Shown here in pieces: positions 40,731 to 55,850 of a stretch of 64,000 nucleotides of DNA (the first letter of the stretch is position 1; each line of letters opens with the position of its first letter). The notes beneath the pieces are model-generated. The model ran no database searches. It was not told the origin of the DNA and was given only the letters and a program-made list of their open reading frames with translations. The position numbers were made by a program, and so were the translations under genes. Source of the DNA: Scyliorhinus canicula (Eukaryota). Location: assembly GCF_902713615.1 (NCBI RefSeq), contig NC_052147.1, positions 182,182,267 to 182,246,266 of the forward strand. Reading direction: 5' to 3'.

Positions 40731-40970
40731 GGGCGGCGCGTGGCACTGCAGTGGTTAGCACTGCAGCCTACGGCACTGAGGACCCGAGTTTGAATCCTGT
40801 CCCTGGGTCACTGTCTGTGTGGAGTTTGGACATTCTCCCAGTGTCTGCATAGGTTTCACCCCCACAACCCAAAAATGTGTAGGTAAGGCTGTGCTAAATT
40901 GCCCCTTAATTGGGAAAAAAAAATAATTGGGTACTCTAAATTTAATTTTTTTTAAAATAAAATAAAAAAA
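40731..40970 (+). mobile_element. SINE, short A-rich tail
   Basis: Head and core as in the 31811 copy. Confidence 0.8.
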
Positions 40971-42679
40971 TATAGAACATTGACGCCTCGAGATATGTGT
41001 CACATGCATTTAGCAGGGCAACTTTAAAGTTGTTGGAGCCATGTTCACGGATAGTTTTGCGATATTTTCATAAGTTCTTCTAATGTGGGATGCAGGCTAA
41101 ATTTTCTTGTGCTTTAGAAACTGTCACTGTTTTGTATTCTGGAGGTTGGTTTGAACTTTTTGGTGGAATGTAATTGGTAAAAATTTAAATGGGAGCAAGG
41201 CTTTGCTTAATATGATTGGCAAAGAATGAAAATATAAAGTAACAAGTTACAGAAAGGATAAAACACTTCATTGAAAATAAACAAAATTGGCAGACAGTTC
41301 AACCTGCAGCAGGAATGTCATTAAAATGTCTCGACATTGACAGGAAGTAAGTGAAAGGCTCTCAAATAGAGGCAGCTTCGGACAAATGCGCTATTTTATA
41401 CCCATAATCCTAGATCGTACCCAGGGCCGATGTAGTTTGAACCCATACAGATACGTTTTATACATAATTATGTTTAACTATTGATTTTCTTTTTTTTTTA
41501 AAGCCTTTACAGCTAGTTTTCATATTTTGATGGGAAATTTTTAACTAAGGCAAGACTACAGCATAACTATGGCATATCCCAATATGAGACTGTCCCATAG
41601 TTACCTGGCCATGCATAATCTTCCCATTTCATGTTATTGCAAAGCAAATTTAGTGCAAACGCATAACAAACTGACTATGTCAGGTTAAACATCACTTGAG
41701 CCTGTTTGAGGAAACAGAAAAGCGGAACAATTCAAGCATAGCTTCACTCAACAAGCTGACTGGAGCCTTTTCCATTCGGGGCACTGGTTTAAAGAATTGT
41801 AAAGAAAGTGCGATTATATTTCATTTGAACTTGTGTGGAAGCTATATTTATTCAATCAAAAGCAATGCAAAGTTTCCACCTGCAGAAATTGAATGGACAT
41901 TTTTAAGTGCAACTACATCTTATTCACCGGGTTTTCTGAAAGGGTAAGAAGGTAACAATTAAGGGATTGATGGGAATTAAGGCATTCAATTAGATCAGAA
42001 TATTCTATAGCTTCCTGCAAACTTAGAGATGTTATTTGTAGAGTCGCCACAGCCAGTACATTCCATGCATCCCTTAATCTAAATACCAGCAGCTCCTGCT
42101 AGGTCTAGAGAACTACAGATGACCAAGGTTAGAGAGCTGTAATTTTGTGATTTGACTGGTATAAGCTGGTGCAAACCGTATGCAGTAATGTAGTTAATGC
42201 AACGTTAGAAGACGAAGCAGAAGGAAGAGATGCAATAAGTTTAACTAAATGGCTATAAGGTGTTGTCTGCGGCAAAGCAATTGGTGTGGGATATAGGTTG
42301 TTGTCTGTGATTAAGTTTCTTTAACCCTTACTACTTGGCAGTGTTTCGCTCCTGTTGAGTCTCCAACTCTCATTTCTGGTACCTGGACAAGTACACACCT
42401 ACGCCTATCCCTACATTAACAATGCTATTGCCAACAGAGGGAGTAACTGGGTCTTTGGGACATATTTTTCTTTGATCCTTCCTCCAAGAGCTGGTGGCAG
42501 TAAATCTAAGCAGCAGCCACAAGCAGATGGATTCATCCACAAGTATGAAGACAGATGTGCTGACCTCTTATCTGGCTTGTCCAGGAGTAAAAGTTATAAT
42601 AGATAATCAATGTAAGGAAGAATTGCTCAGTGGGTGTTGGTCTACAAAGATGGATTGGGTGTGGTAGTGGTGTAAATCC

Positions 42680-42982
42680 ATAAAATCACAACAATGCAGG
42701 AGGCCATTTGGCCCATGAAGTCTGCACCAACCCTCTGAAAGAGCACCCTACCTAGTCCCACTCACCTGCCCATTCCTGGAACCCACTTAACCTGCATGCA
42801 CATCTTTGGACGTCAGGGGGCAATTTTAGCATGGCAAATCCACTTCCTGCATATCTTTGGACTGTGGGAGGAAACCCATGCAGACAGGGGGAGAACATAC
42901 AAACTCCACACAGTCACTCAAGGCCAGAATCAAACCCAGGTCCCTGGCGCCGTGAGGCAGCAGTGCTAACTACTGTGCCACC
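42680..42982 (-). mobile_element. SINE (diverged), tail A
   Basis: Core and tail recognisable. Confidence 0.75.
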
Positions 42983-43519
42983 TTTAGGTTCATTTCAAGC
43001 CCAGACTCAACTAGCTGCAGGATCCTTGGCCAGGCCAGTCCTTGGCCAGTACCAAGTGGTTCAACTCCTAATGGACTTAGGCCCAAAGCACAAGACTGTC
43101 CCTAAACTTGACACTAATTTGTAATGTCAATCAGAGAATACAAGATAGCTGGTATGGAGAGAAATCACCACATTGGTTCAGCAGACATGACCTTCTGCGT
43201 GTTGCACAGTGGAGGCAGCTTTATTCTATATCCAGCTGTGCTATACCCCAATTGGAAATTCTTGATGGTGACAATGAACAGCTGAAATGGGAAGAGTTCA
43301 ACTCTCCAGCCCTCACTGTAGTCGTTTTGATGAGTAGGACCAACGGGGTAGAATGGAGCAATGACACAAAATAATAATAATAATCGCTTATTGTCACAAG
43401 TAGGCTTCAATGAAGTTACTGCGAAAAGACCCTAGACTGTATCGGATCAGCTGCCCATTATACACAGCATTTGATGTATAATTCCACTGACTGATGGAAC
43501 TGAAAATCAGATGCTATGT

Positions 43520-43746
43520 AAGGTAAAGTTGCCATAGTCCCAGATGACCCCAGGCTGCATTCCCCTTTGAGAGGGAGAGCTGACTGGTGGTGATTTAACC
43601 CAAGGATCACCACACCTTAGGCGAGGGGCAAGGTTCAGAAGGCAGGACCTTCATGAATAACCACAACGGTACAGCAATTAAACCTGCACTGTTGGCCTCG
43701 CTCTGCATCACGAACCAGCTGTCCAACCAACTGAGCTAAACTGGCC
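43520..43746 (-). mobile_element. tRNA(Ile)-like-headed SINE (second family); partial + copy at about 58888-59045
   Basis: - strand begins GGCCAGTTTAGCTCAGTTGGTT (A box) and ends GGACTATGGCAACTTTACCTT; the body is shared with 58888-59045. Confidence 0.7.
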
Positions 43747-44544
43747 ATGTATATCTGTTGTAATGGTATTGAGCTAGACACAATGTAAACCATGAAAAAT
43801 GGGTGGCTTTGAGTTGGCTGGGGAGGTAAAATCTGAGAAATGTGTTTCCTGACGCAAACCCACCGCCGACACATCCATGTAACTGAGGCTGGTAGGTAGA
43901 CAGTGACCAGTCCACTTCATAGAGACAAATTAGAATTTTAGATTTGACAATGATGCTGCTGAGCTCACTCTTCTTTAGGCTGTAACCGCTGTTGACTGGG
44001 TTTTCCAAAGACCTGGCACCTTCCTGATGGTGAGGGCTTACTGGATTCAACAAGTATCTTTACACCGATCTGTTGGATGCAGATGTCTGAGGCACCTCTG
44101 TGACCAGGACACCACATCAAACTCCTCAGCACCCTTCCCCCACAGGTCTCCAAAGCGTGCACAGCATCTGACTTCCCCCAATTTTCCACTCCCACCAGTG
44201 GTGGGAATCCTGTCTTGATGGAAAAAGTCAGTTTCCTGCTGGCAGGAAATTACTTTGGGATTTTGTTTCCAGGCTTTGATGGGGGGGGGGGGGTTAAATG
44301 GGGGTCAGGTTTTGCACTGATCTATGCCATCCTGTAGATGGTGAGCTGAAATGTCCTGGGAGATATTGGATGGTCTCATCGGGGATCCCAGAAAGTCAGG
44401 GTGCAGTGGCCTCAAGAAGGGAAGGGGTCAGGTGGATAAAGAGCATGGAGACATCAACATTGAAGGATTTGGGGGAAGGACAGGAATAGCCACATGGATA
44501 ATGTTAGGTTCAAGGGTAACAAGTGGAGGCTGCAATGATATTTT

Positions 44545-44778
44545 TTTCTTTTTTATAAATTTAGAATATCCAATTAATTTTTTCAAATTAAGGGGCATAT
44601 TTTAGCATGGCCAATCCACCTATCCTGCACATTTATTTTTGGGTTGTGGGCGCGAAACCCAGGCAAACATGGGGAAATGTGCAAAATCCACATGGAGAGT
44701 GACCCAGAGCCGGGATCGAACCTGGGACCTTGGCACCGTGACGCAACCGTGCTAACCACTTGTGCCACCGTGCTGCCC
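44545..44778 (-). mobile_element. SINE, short A-rich tail
   Basis: GGGCAGCACGGTGGCACAAGTGG head, B box. Confidence 0.82.
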
Positions 44779-45128
44779 GAGGTTGTAATGATAGGAGGAA
44801 GGGGAAGTAGGAGGTAGTGAGAATGGGAGGGACTTGGTGGGTGGTTGGGGGAGGTTGGAAGCTGGTCTCCCACACAAATGTTAACAGCACCATTTTTGAG
44901 TTCACCTTGCAATAATGACATTGTTCGAAAATCAGTTAGAAAAATATCAGCACAATTCTTGGCTGATTGAAGGCGCACCCTGTAACGGTTCTGCTTAAAC
45001 CATGGGGAGCACAGTTCAGCTGAGTGTTGGACTCTAGGGTCTCATTCACAGTAAATGAGCTTGGCTCCTTTTCTCATGGTTTGCAGTCAGGCAACAATCT
45101 ATTAAGTTTGGGTGCTGCGCTGTATATG

Positions 45129-45842
45129 GAGCGGAATTCTCCACTCCCCACGTGGTGTGGGAGAATCGTGGGAGGGCCTCCCGACATTTTTTACGCCCCC
45201 CGGCACCCCCAGCGATTTCCCCCCCCCCCCCCCCCGGCGCGGATAAATCGCCGCTCGCCGTTTTTCACGGCGAACGGCAATTCTCCAAGCCCGATGGGCC
45301 GAGCGGCCGGCCCTTCACGCCCGTTTCACCACGGCAGCAAACACGCCTGGTCGCTGCATTCGTGAAACGGGCGCCAGATGCCCATTTGGGGCATCTAGGG
45401 GCCCGATTTGGACGGGAGCACAACTATGCTCGGGAGGGGACAGGCCCGCGATCGGTGCCCACCGATCGTCGGGCCAGCGTCCAAACCGGACGCACTCTTT
45501 TCCCTCCACCACCCAGCAAGATCAAGCCGCCACGTCTTGCCGGGCGGCGGTGGAGAAAGACGGCACCGCACATGCGCGGGTTCGTGCCACCTGCACGCTG
45601 ATGTCATCCGCGCATGCGTGGGTTGGAACCGGCAACCCGCCCATGCGCAGATGATATCAGAAAAGCGCCGGTTCCGCGTCATTTCTGGCGCGGCGAGGTC
45701 GCGGCCGGGAACGACGGGGGCCCGCTCCTAGTCGGGGGGGGGGGTGAATTAGGTGCGGGGAGTGGGCCCCAAGGCCAACGTGAACCTCGGCCGATTTCAC
45801 GACGGCCATCCCGATTTTTATCGGGAGCGGAGAATACCGCCC
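45129..45842. mobile_element. GC-rich Harbinger-type MITE, TSD ATG
   Basis: TIRs GAGCGGAATTCTCC / GGAGAATACCGCCC; ATG on both flanks. Confidence 0.8.
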
Positions 45843-46500
45843 ATGGCCTTAATTGACATCGGATCGTCACAGAGCCATGTCAGAATGGGTGCATGCTCCA
45901 AGAATCAGTGGCCACATCTGCTGCGCAAAGGCTGTATGGACTCTACAAGCCTCCATCTTCCCAGTGAATAGGTCATGACATTCAAGGCAGCATGCTGAGT
46001 CAGGACATACATGCAAGAACTGGGTATCCATAGTTGTAAAGGCCACTGGAGGACAACTGAGCTCACTGTGGCTCCTACAACGTAAGTCCTTTGACCCAAA
46101 TGAATACACTCATTGTGAATGTGCATTCATGTCTGAAGGGAAAGATCAACATTTGTCATCATCCAGGATATCATCCTGCACGAGGTGGCCCTTGTTTTCA
46201 ATACGCAGACTAAGGGGAAAGTCGAGGTTTAGTGAATGCATTCCTGCCTTGTATATGGAAGAAGACAAATCAATGGAACTACCATTGATTGATCAATTTT
46301 ATCAGTTAAGAAGAAAAAAAGGAAGAGTTGAGAATGCAGGCTGTAGGCAATGCTACCTTTTTAACAGCTTTGATGCAAATGAGAAGGGCCCGTCGCTGTT
46401 TGGCACAGTTCAGGGAAGACCGAAGCCCTGAGGAACAAAAGCCAGTGGAACCTCAGGAAGATCGAAATGCTGATGAGGAGTAACTAAATCAACAAAGATT

Positions 46501-47633
46501 TGCTCATGCAATCGCATCCCCATGTGTCTCATCTGAATCCTCACCCTCTTCAAATTCAAATTCATCCCCTTTGTCCGAGGAGATGTGTAGTTCCTCCACG
46601 TGGCAAAATGTCTCCCCTTTGCAACTTTAGAACCTGCAGGATTGGCTTTGAATAAAGGTCTATTGAAGATGCAGCTCATAAATTGGAATGAGCGAAAGGC
46701 AGTCCTGCAGATGCAGATGCCTTCACAAGTCCAGGAATATAGTCATTCATATTTGCCACATTTCTCATGAGGAACTCACACTGTACTGACTTGAGGGACT
46801 TCAAATGCCAGTTTCTCTTAAGACTACAGCTGCTCTCAAATGTTTTTCCAGTGGATCCTTCCAGGGCTCCACTGAGGAGCTCAGCCAAATCTCACAATGG
46901 GTGAAACATAAATGCATAAGGGGTGTGACCGAAGCCCTTTTCAATAAAGCTCACCATTACTTGCAGTTCCACATGGATGAAGCAAGCCAGGCTGTCAGAG
47001 CTTTGGAATTCACTAAAATCTCAGATTTTCCACCCATACAGGGTGCCATTGACTGCACACATGTGGCCTTGAGATCTCCCTGGCAGCAACCTGAGATTTA
47101 TTAACAGAAAAAGATTTCACTCTTTAAACATCCACCTATTCCGTGATCACAGAAAGAAATCATGCATATTTGTGCTAGATACCCAAAAAGCTCTCATGAC
47201 TCTTAATTCTTGAGTCAATCACAAGTGCCACAGATCTTGGAGGGTCCTCAGCATTTGGAGGATTGGTTCCTCAGTGATAAGGAGTAACCCTGAAAATATG
47301 ACTAAATGGCGCCCATTCGGCATCCATAGAGTGCATCTGAGGAGAGATACAGTGCTGCACATTTAAACACAAGGTCCTTAATAGAGCAGATTATTGGCCT
47401 CTTAAAGATCTGTTTCAGATGTTTGCACCACACAGATGGGGCTCTCCAATATTCACCACAGAAGGTGTCCCACATCAACATCAACTGCTGCATCCTGCAG
47501 GTTCTAAAATTGCAAAGGGGAGACATTTTGCCACGTGGAGGAACTACACATCTCCTCGGACAAAGGGGATGAATTTGAATTTGAAGAGGGTGAGGATTCA
47601 GATGAGACACATGGGGATGCGATTGCATGAGCA
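46501..47633. repeat. Inverted repeat 46501-46642 / 47492-47633 (141/142 identical, 849-bp spacer)
   Basis: Direct comparison by eye; the same peptide appears in ORFs 46410-46679(-) and 47419-47667(+). Confidence 0.95.
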
Positions 47634-47690
47634 GAACACAAAAGACGTAGCCACAACAACATCATAGTTACAAAATTCCAGGTGGAACAA
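46650..47690 (+). pseudogene. PIF/Harbinger (HARBI1-like DDE) transposase pseudogene
   Basis: MSERQ, PVSLKTTAALKCFSSGSFQ, IQGAIDCTHVALR, NRKRFHSLN, ARYPKSSHDS, IEQIIGLLKICFRCL; many stops and frameshifts. Confidence 0.88.
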
Positions 47691-47797
47691 AGTAAAAGCA
47701 AGTTTTTACAAGCACAATTCTGCTTTCATGCAGGGAGACAATAAGAACTTCATTGTCATCTTCAGCACAAAAGGTCATCAATCTCACAATGATAATG

Positions 47798-48141
47798 GTA
47801 GCATAGTGGTTAGCACAATTGCTTCACAGCTCCAGGGTCCCAGGTTCGATTCCCGGCTTGGGTCACTGTCTGTGCGGAGTCTGCACGTTCTCCCAGTGTG
47901 TGCGTGGGTTTCCTCCGGGTGCTCCGGTTTCCTCCCACAGTCCAAAGATGTGCAGGTTAGATGGATTGGCCATGGTAACTGCCCTTAGTGTCCAAAATTG
48001 CCCTTAGTGGTGGGTGGGGTTGCTGGGTTATGGGGATAGGGTGGAGGTGTGGACTTGGGTAGGGTGCTCTTTCCAAGAGCCGGTGCAGACTCGATGGGCT
48101 GAATGACTTCCTTCTGCACTGTAAATTGTATGAATTCTATG
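47798..48141 (+). mobile_element. HE1/V-SINE-type SINE, tail A
   Basis: Closely similar to the reverse complement of 8715-9061. Confidence 0.9.
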
Positions 48142-48269
48142 AAGCATATGTCGCCTTCAACCCTAACAATGGGATCATCCTTGGAAGCTACAATCTCCTA
48201 GGGAGCATGTGGTTGTTGTGTAATGGAATTAGCACTCCATAGCGCTCATCCTTAACTGACTACATATAA

Positions 48270-48825
48270 CGCAGTCCTTTAGTAACTTGAGTCACCTCCT
48301 GACTCCCCAAAGTCTGATCACCATCTACAAGGCACAAGTCAGTAGTGTGATGGAATCCTCTCCCCTTGTCTGGATCAGTGCTCGACACCATCCAGAACAA
48401 AACAGCCCGCTTGATTGGCAATCCACTTATAAACATTCACTCCCTTCACCACTGACGCGCAGTGTGTACCATCTACAAGATGCACTGCAGGAGCTCACCA
48501 AGGCTCCTTCAGCAGCACCTTCCAAATCAATGACCACTATCATCTGGAAGGACAAGAGCAGCAGATACATGGGAACACCACTACCTGCCACGTTCCCCTC
48601 CAAGCCATTCACCATCCTGACTTGGAAATCTATCGCCGTTCCTTCACTGTTACTGGATCAAAATCCTAGAGCACCTTTTCTGACAGTACTGTGGGTGTAC
48701 CTACACCACATGGATTGCAGTGGTTCAAGAAGGCAACTCACCACACCTTCACAAGGACGACTAGAGATGGGCAATAAATGCTGGCCTAGCCACTGAAACC
48801 CACACCCATTGAAGGAATGAAAAAA
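48270..48825 (+). mobile_element. CR1/L2-group LINE 3' end
   Basis: LITIYKAQV...MESSPL RT C-terminus; tail GGGCAATAAATGCTGGCCTAGCC; tail scraps also near 55440 and 56735 (-). Confidence 0.7.
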
Positions 48826-49269
48826 GTATCTCTGTCAGAAAATAAATGCCACTCAAACTGAACTTGGGTGAAAAGACTCCAATGTGGGTCATTATAAATA
48901 CTTATAACATCCACAAACTACAATCTTCAATGTGACAGCATCAGGATAATGATTTAACCTTGATGAACAATTCTCATGAGGCCATATAATTTGTGCCTGC
49001 AAGGCTCACATTTTCCAGGCATCATTTTCATTCAGGAAGTGCCTTTGTTCAAGTCACTGACGAAGAACAAAGAACAAAGAACAGGAACAGGCCCGTCGGC
49101 CCTCCAAGCCTGCACCAACCATGCTGCCCATCTAAACTAAAATCTTGTATACTTCCGGGGTCCATATCCCTCTATTCCCATCCGATTCGTGTATAGAACT
49201 AAAGGCGACTCATTGGAGATTGAATGAGACTTCATTGAATTGAGACAAGACTGCAGATACGTATTTGGC

Positions 49270-49300
<31 letters not shown>

Positions 49301-50433
49301 ATTTGTACCCTTGAATGAATGTGGGACCTTCCATTACATTGAATACCTGAAACTTGGAGAGGAATAAAAGCAAAATATATTTGCAATAATGCAGATTATA
49401 TACAGTGAATGAACCCCATGCCACCATTGTGCATTCAAACCTTCGTAGTTTTCCTTATTCTACCACTTCGTGTAGGTGCAGCTCCAACATCTGCAGCAGA
49501 GGTGGAGACAGCCTATTGACTGCTATGCCCTGTTGTCTGAAATGTCTTTGGCAGACCCCTGAAGGGACTGCTAAGGGTAACCTGCTCCAGGGCAATTGCA
49601 TCCTCCTTGGCCTAGACAGCTGGAGTTCACAGAGGCCAGAGTGGCAGGATTCTCTTGGAAACTCCTGGTTGGATACCCCTTGGGAGTCTGGCTGGCGCTC
49701 CTCTTTCCTGGCGCTTCCTCTCTCAGCAACATCCGCGACACCTCTCCCTGCCCCCGACCAACAAGTCCCCTGAACAAAGCCCCTCCTTCCCATACAATTG
49801 AACCCCACTCCTCCTGATCAAACCCATCCAATCGACTCTGACCCGGACACCCTATCCTCCCCTGATCAAAATCCCTCAACCGACCTCCCATTCACCCCCT
49901 CCCTCCAGTGGACTCCACCTTCCCTGAACTGATCCTCATTCTCCTCCTTCTTTGAATTATCTTCCTCCTCCACACTCCCACCCCCAAACCCTGGTCAACA
50001 ACCCACCCCAAATCACCAGAACAGACTTCTCATCTCCCCGTCCGATTGGAGGCCTAGTCTGCCGGTCGAGGTCGGTCCTGGATGAGGAAGTGATTGGCGA
50101 TGTTAAAACTCCACAGCATGTGGTGGAGTTCTGGATTTTAGGTTCCTCAGGAAACTTTGACTGACCCACTTCTTGCGAGTTCCAGAAGTGGGGAGTGGGA
50201 TGCATCCGGGCGGTTCCAATTACAGGTTGGGAGCAGTTGGTGGTTGAAGGAATCGAGTTCGATTGAAGTGGGGGAGCCGTTGGTGATGGTGATAGTCGGG
50301 AGCAATAGTAGTCACGGGTCTGAACATGAGGGAGAGTAGGCAGATCACATTGGGGAGGTGGGGTTTAAAAGGTAACTTGTTTGACCTGGGTGCAACACAC
50401 CTGTCCTCCTGGATCCTAAATAGCACAATTCAG

Positions 50434-51120
50434 GGGCGGCATTCTCCGACCCACCGGGGGGTCGGAGAATCGCCAGGGGCCGGCGTCAATCCCGCCCCCG
50501 CCGTGTCCCAAATTCTCCGCCCCCTGAGATTCGGCGGGGGCGGGAATCGTGCCGTGCCAGTCGGCGGGCCCCCCGTGGCGATTCTCTGGCCCGCGATGGG
50601 CCGAAGTCCCACCGCTGACAGGCCTCTCCCGCCGGCGGGAATCAAAACACCTACCTGACCGGCGGGATTGGTGGCGCGGGCGGGCTCCGGGGTCCTTGGG
50701 GAGGGCGGGGGGGGGGGGGGGGGGGCGGGACGATCTGACCCCGGGGGGGTGCCCCCACGGTGTCCTGGCCTGCGATCGGTGCCCACCGATCGGCGGGCGG
50801 GCCTGCGCTGTGGGGCACACTTTTTCTTCCGTCCCACCATGGCCGTCACCATGGCGGGGGCGGAAGAGACCCCCTCCCCTGCGCATGCTCTAGTATGACA
50901 TCAGCAGCCGCTGGTGCACCGGCGCATGCGTGGACTTCCGCCGGCCGGCAAAGGCTTTTCGGCCCTGGCTGGCGGAGTGCCAAAGGCCGCCAATGTGAGG
51001 GCTTGGCCCCTAAAGGTGCGGAGAATTCTGCACCTTTGGGGAGCCCCGACGCCGGAGTGGTTCACGCCACTCTGTCCTGTCGTGACCCCCCGCCTCGCCG
51101 GGTAGGGGAGAATCCCCGCC
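50434..51120. mobile_element. GC-rich Harbinger-type MITE
   Basis: TIRs GGGCGGCATTCTCC / GGAGAATCCCCGCC; shares GCGATCGGTGCCCACCGATCG with the 45129 copy; TSD not clear. Confidence 0.75.
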
Positions 51121-51841
51121 AAAACCTTTACCCAGTGGATTTAACTCTTCTTGCTTCTTGTTACCTCCTAGAATTCCTGAGGCCAGGAAAACACAGCTGA
51201 TCATGGTCAAAATCACTGTTAAAATGAAAGCACACAGCCTCATATAGATACTTAAATTAAAAACTTGATAGGAAAATGTTCACCCACCCCTTACCCTGAC
51301 TTCATCAAAACTGGACGTGGGTGGCTTCAATTTTCAGCTTTTTACCCGCCTATCCAAACCAAATTCATCCATTTTCAGTAGTTAAAATTACCCCCGATAA
51401 TATTTTAAAAGGAATATTAAAAGGATTCCGGTAATGAACAGAGAAATGGCACTCAGAGCAGCCAACTCCAGTAGAACAACAAATGTCAGACCAAATGGCC
51501 TCCTCTGTGTTGTGAATTCTGTGTGACATGTTGTTTCAGACAGGAGGGTGAATTGATTGTTAAAAAATATCCTGGTGTTTTTGGCCATAGATAAACAAAC
51601 ACTGTCCCCATTAATATTCTGTTTATGAGTTTCAGTAGCCCTTTTGTATTTTGTTTGAGAAACCAGGCTTCTTTTTGGTTTCAGGAGGGCTCTCAGCTAA
51701 ATAAATTTCTCCATAATCGGACTTTACTTTTCCTCTCTGAAACTATTACCTTCAAATAGATGGAAACTTGCAGCATCTCTTATACATCTTGTTTTTAAAT
51801 GTGTGCTGTGTCAGGCACGGGTAAGTCAGTACAAGAGCTTA

Positions 51842-53370
<1,529 letters not shown>

Positions 53371-54310
53371 TCAGATTCCTACACTGGCCTGCAAAGGAGA
53401 AGGAAACATTTAGAGTATTTTTCATGTGAATATGAAAATAAAGTCTTAAATTCCACTTCTTACCACTACTGCACTGGATTTCAGGAAAAACTGGCTTATT
53501 TTCAATCTGTGCCATCAATGGGATGGACTAAATTAGCCGAGTAACTCTTATTCCATTTTTCGAACAGAGGCCATTCTTCGATTTGTTTCACTGTTATTTA
53601 AATCAAACTGCTTTGCTTATATGTACTCAGTATAAGTTATATCTAACAAGGGACCTGTCTGGCAGGTAATGTTACTCAGCTTCTCGCTGTGCTAGCCAAT
53701 TGAGCCATAGGAGGATACTGATTTCATCCTTTAAATTCCCCAGTTAGAATTGAAATTCATTCTTGAATTTTTTTCCAAAACTGTTTTATTGTGTTTTCAC
53801 ATCTTACAGGCCATCGGTTATATATTGCAAAAGTCGCATGCAAAAATAGGAAATAAGACAAACAGAACTCAGTACATATATTTACAGGCAATCATTCTTC
53901 AACTCTAACATTAAATTTAAATGTAGTCTTGTGACCTTTGAATGCAAAGACTGTGCTTATAACCAACGTCCTCTCTATCTTAGTTACTGTTGTGCACTAG
54001 CCATTCATTGAAGTGCACAGAAATGTTAATTTTGGCGGAGGAGGGGTCTGTGCACACTTGTTAAATTAAATCGACAACATGTGCTCAGCCTGATGCGCAG
54101 CGAGCTCTGGGATGCTGCACAGTTCTGGAGCTTAGAGGGAATGTTGCATATAGCCATTCTTCAGAAACAGGAAAATCAAACAATTCACCTTGAGTTGGAG
54201 GTCTAGATGAAATGCTTCTTTTTGTAATAAACAGGAGATTATTTGTTTCGTCAATAATTAATGATGCACAAATTAAATTGCAGAAATACAACTTTGCAAT
54301 GGGTTTCGAA

Positions 54311-54556
54311 CCATAGAACCATAGAATTCCTACAGCGTAGAAGGGCCAGTCGGCCCATCGAGTCTGCACTGACTTTCTGAAAGAGCACCCTACTTAGGCC
54401 CACTCTCCCACCCTACCCCTGTAACCCTACCTGACCTACATATCTTTGCACACTAACAGGCAATTTAACGTGGCCAATCCACCTAACCTGCACATCTTTG
54501 GCCTGTGAGAGGAAACCGGAGCACCTGAAGGAAATGCACGCAGACATGGGAAGGAA
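54311..54556 (-). mobile_element. 5'-truncated SINE, tail A
   Basis: Core and tail. Confidence 0.78.
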
Positions 54557-55850
54557 GTGCCCGTGACACTTAGTGACATTAATTACAGAGAAAACCAGCC
54601 ACTCTCTTTTATTGTCATTCAAGGAACAATTTCAATCCTAGTTGGAAAATTGAGAAATACGCTGAGTTTCCACCTCAGGTTTAGCTGGCAAAAGCAGTGG
54701 GTGGCTGAGCTATACAGAACAATAAAGTCCGAGACTAGATCCCTGAGTAAACTGATCTGAGCAATGATTCAATTCCTGCTGAAGGCGTGTGTGTGTGTGA
54801 GTAACTGTGTACAGAATATGGGGTCAGAATCAAGATTGCTTGTGGTATTTTCCATGGTCAAACAGCCTGCTAAAATTCACTATCTGATCACAGATGTAGA
54901 ATAACGTTTGCAATAGGAATCAGAGTGTGCAGTGCCCATTGACTTTAACGGAAAGAGGAGAAGAGGAGAGAAGATGGAGGCGGCATTATTTTGTAAAATG
55001 ATAACTCTTATATAAGGCACCATAATTTGCTATTTCAGGGCATCATGGACTGCTGGTTAGGATTTACTTTGCCCATTTACTCACAATGATATTTTGCGCT
55101 GTAAATTTGAGCTGATAACATGTACATTACAACAAAGGAATGGGGCATCTGGACCCTGAGTGAATAGGGCTAGTGATTAACCCCTTAACAGATTGAAACA
55201 GTGTATGGATGGAGAAGGACATATAAATTAGAGAAGGTAAATTTTATATCAGATCAGGTACAGAAACAGAGGGAAAGAAAGGCTGGATTAATGGAGACAG
55301 AAAATGAGACTGAAAGGAAGAGACAAATAAATTAAATTTGACATTTTTCAAATCTCCAACAGCAATAAAAATCTGAAGAAGGGGCCTCCACATTAGTCAT
55401 GTCGCTGTTTGGCAGTAGTTAAAATTGTTTATTTTTTAAATTCATTCTTAGATGATGGTGTCACTGGTTAGGCCAGAATGTATTGCCCATTCCTAATTGC
55501 CCTTGAGACGGTGAACTGCCTTCCTGAACCACTGCAGAATAAAAAGGCCAAAATCTAACTTTTTGTTGACATGGAATTATGTAGAATTTATATAGTCAGA
55601 AACAAACTCTGCAGCCCAAATGGTCTATGCTGACATTAATGCTCCACACGAGGCTCCACCCACCCATCATCTAATCCTGCCATCATATCCTCCTATTCCC
55701 TCTTGTATTTATTTGCTTCTCCTCAAATGTCTATGCTATCAGGCTTAATTATTCTATGTTGTAACATACTTCACATTCGTATGACTCTTAAGAGTATAGA
55801 TGCTTCTCCTGAATTCCGAACTGGATTTATTGTTAACTGTCTTATATATA

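Noticed and set aside
43690-43746. tRNA-Ile gene
   Set aside because: Only the 5' half matches, and it continues into a repeat body shared with 58888-59045, so it is a SINE head.
45024-51243. Many overlapping Pro/Gly/Arg-rich ORFs
   Set aside because: Artefacts of stop-poor GC-rich MITE sequence.
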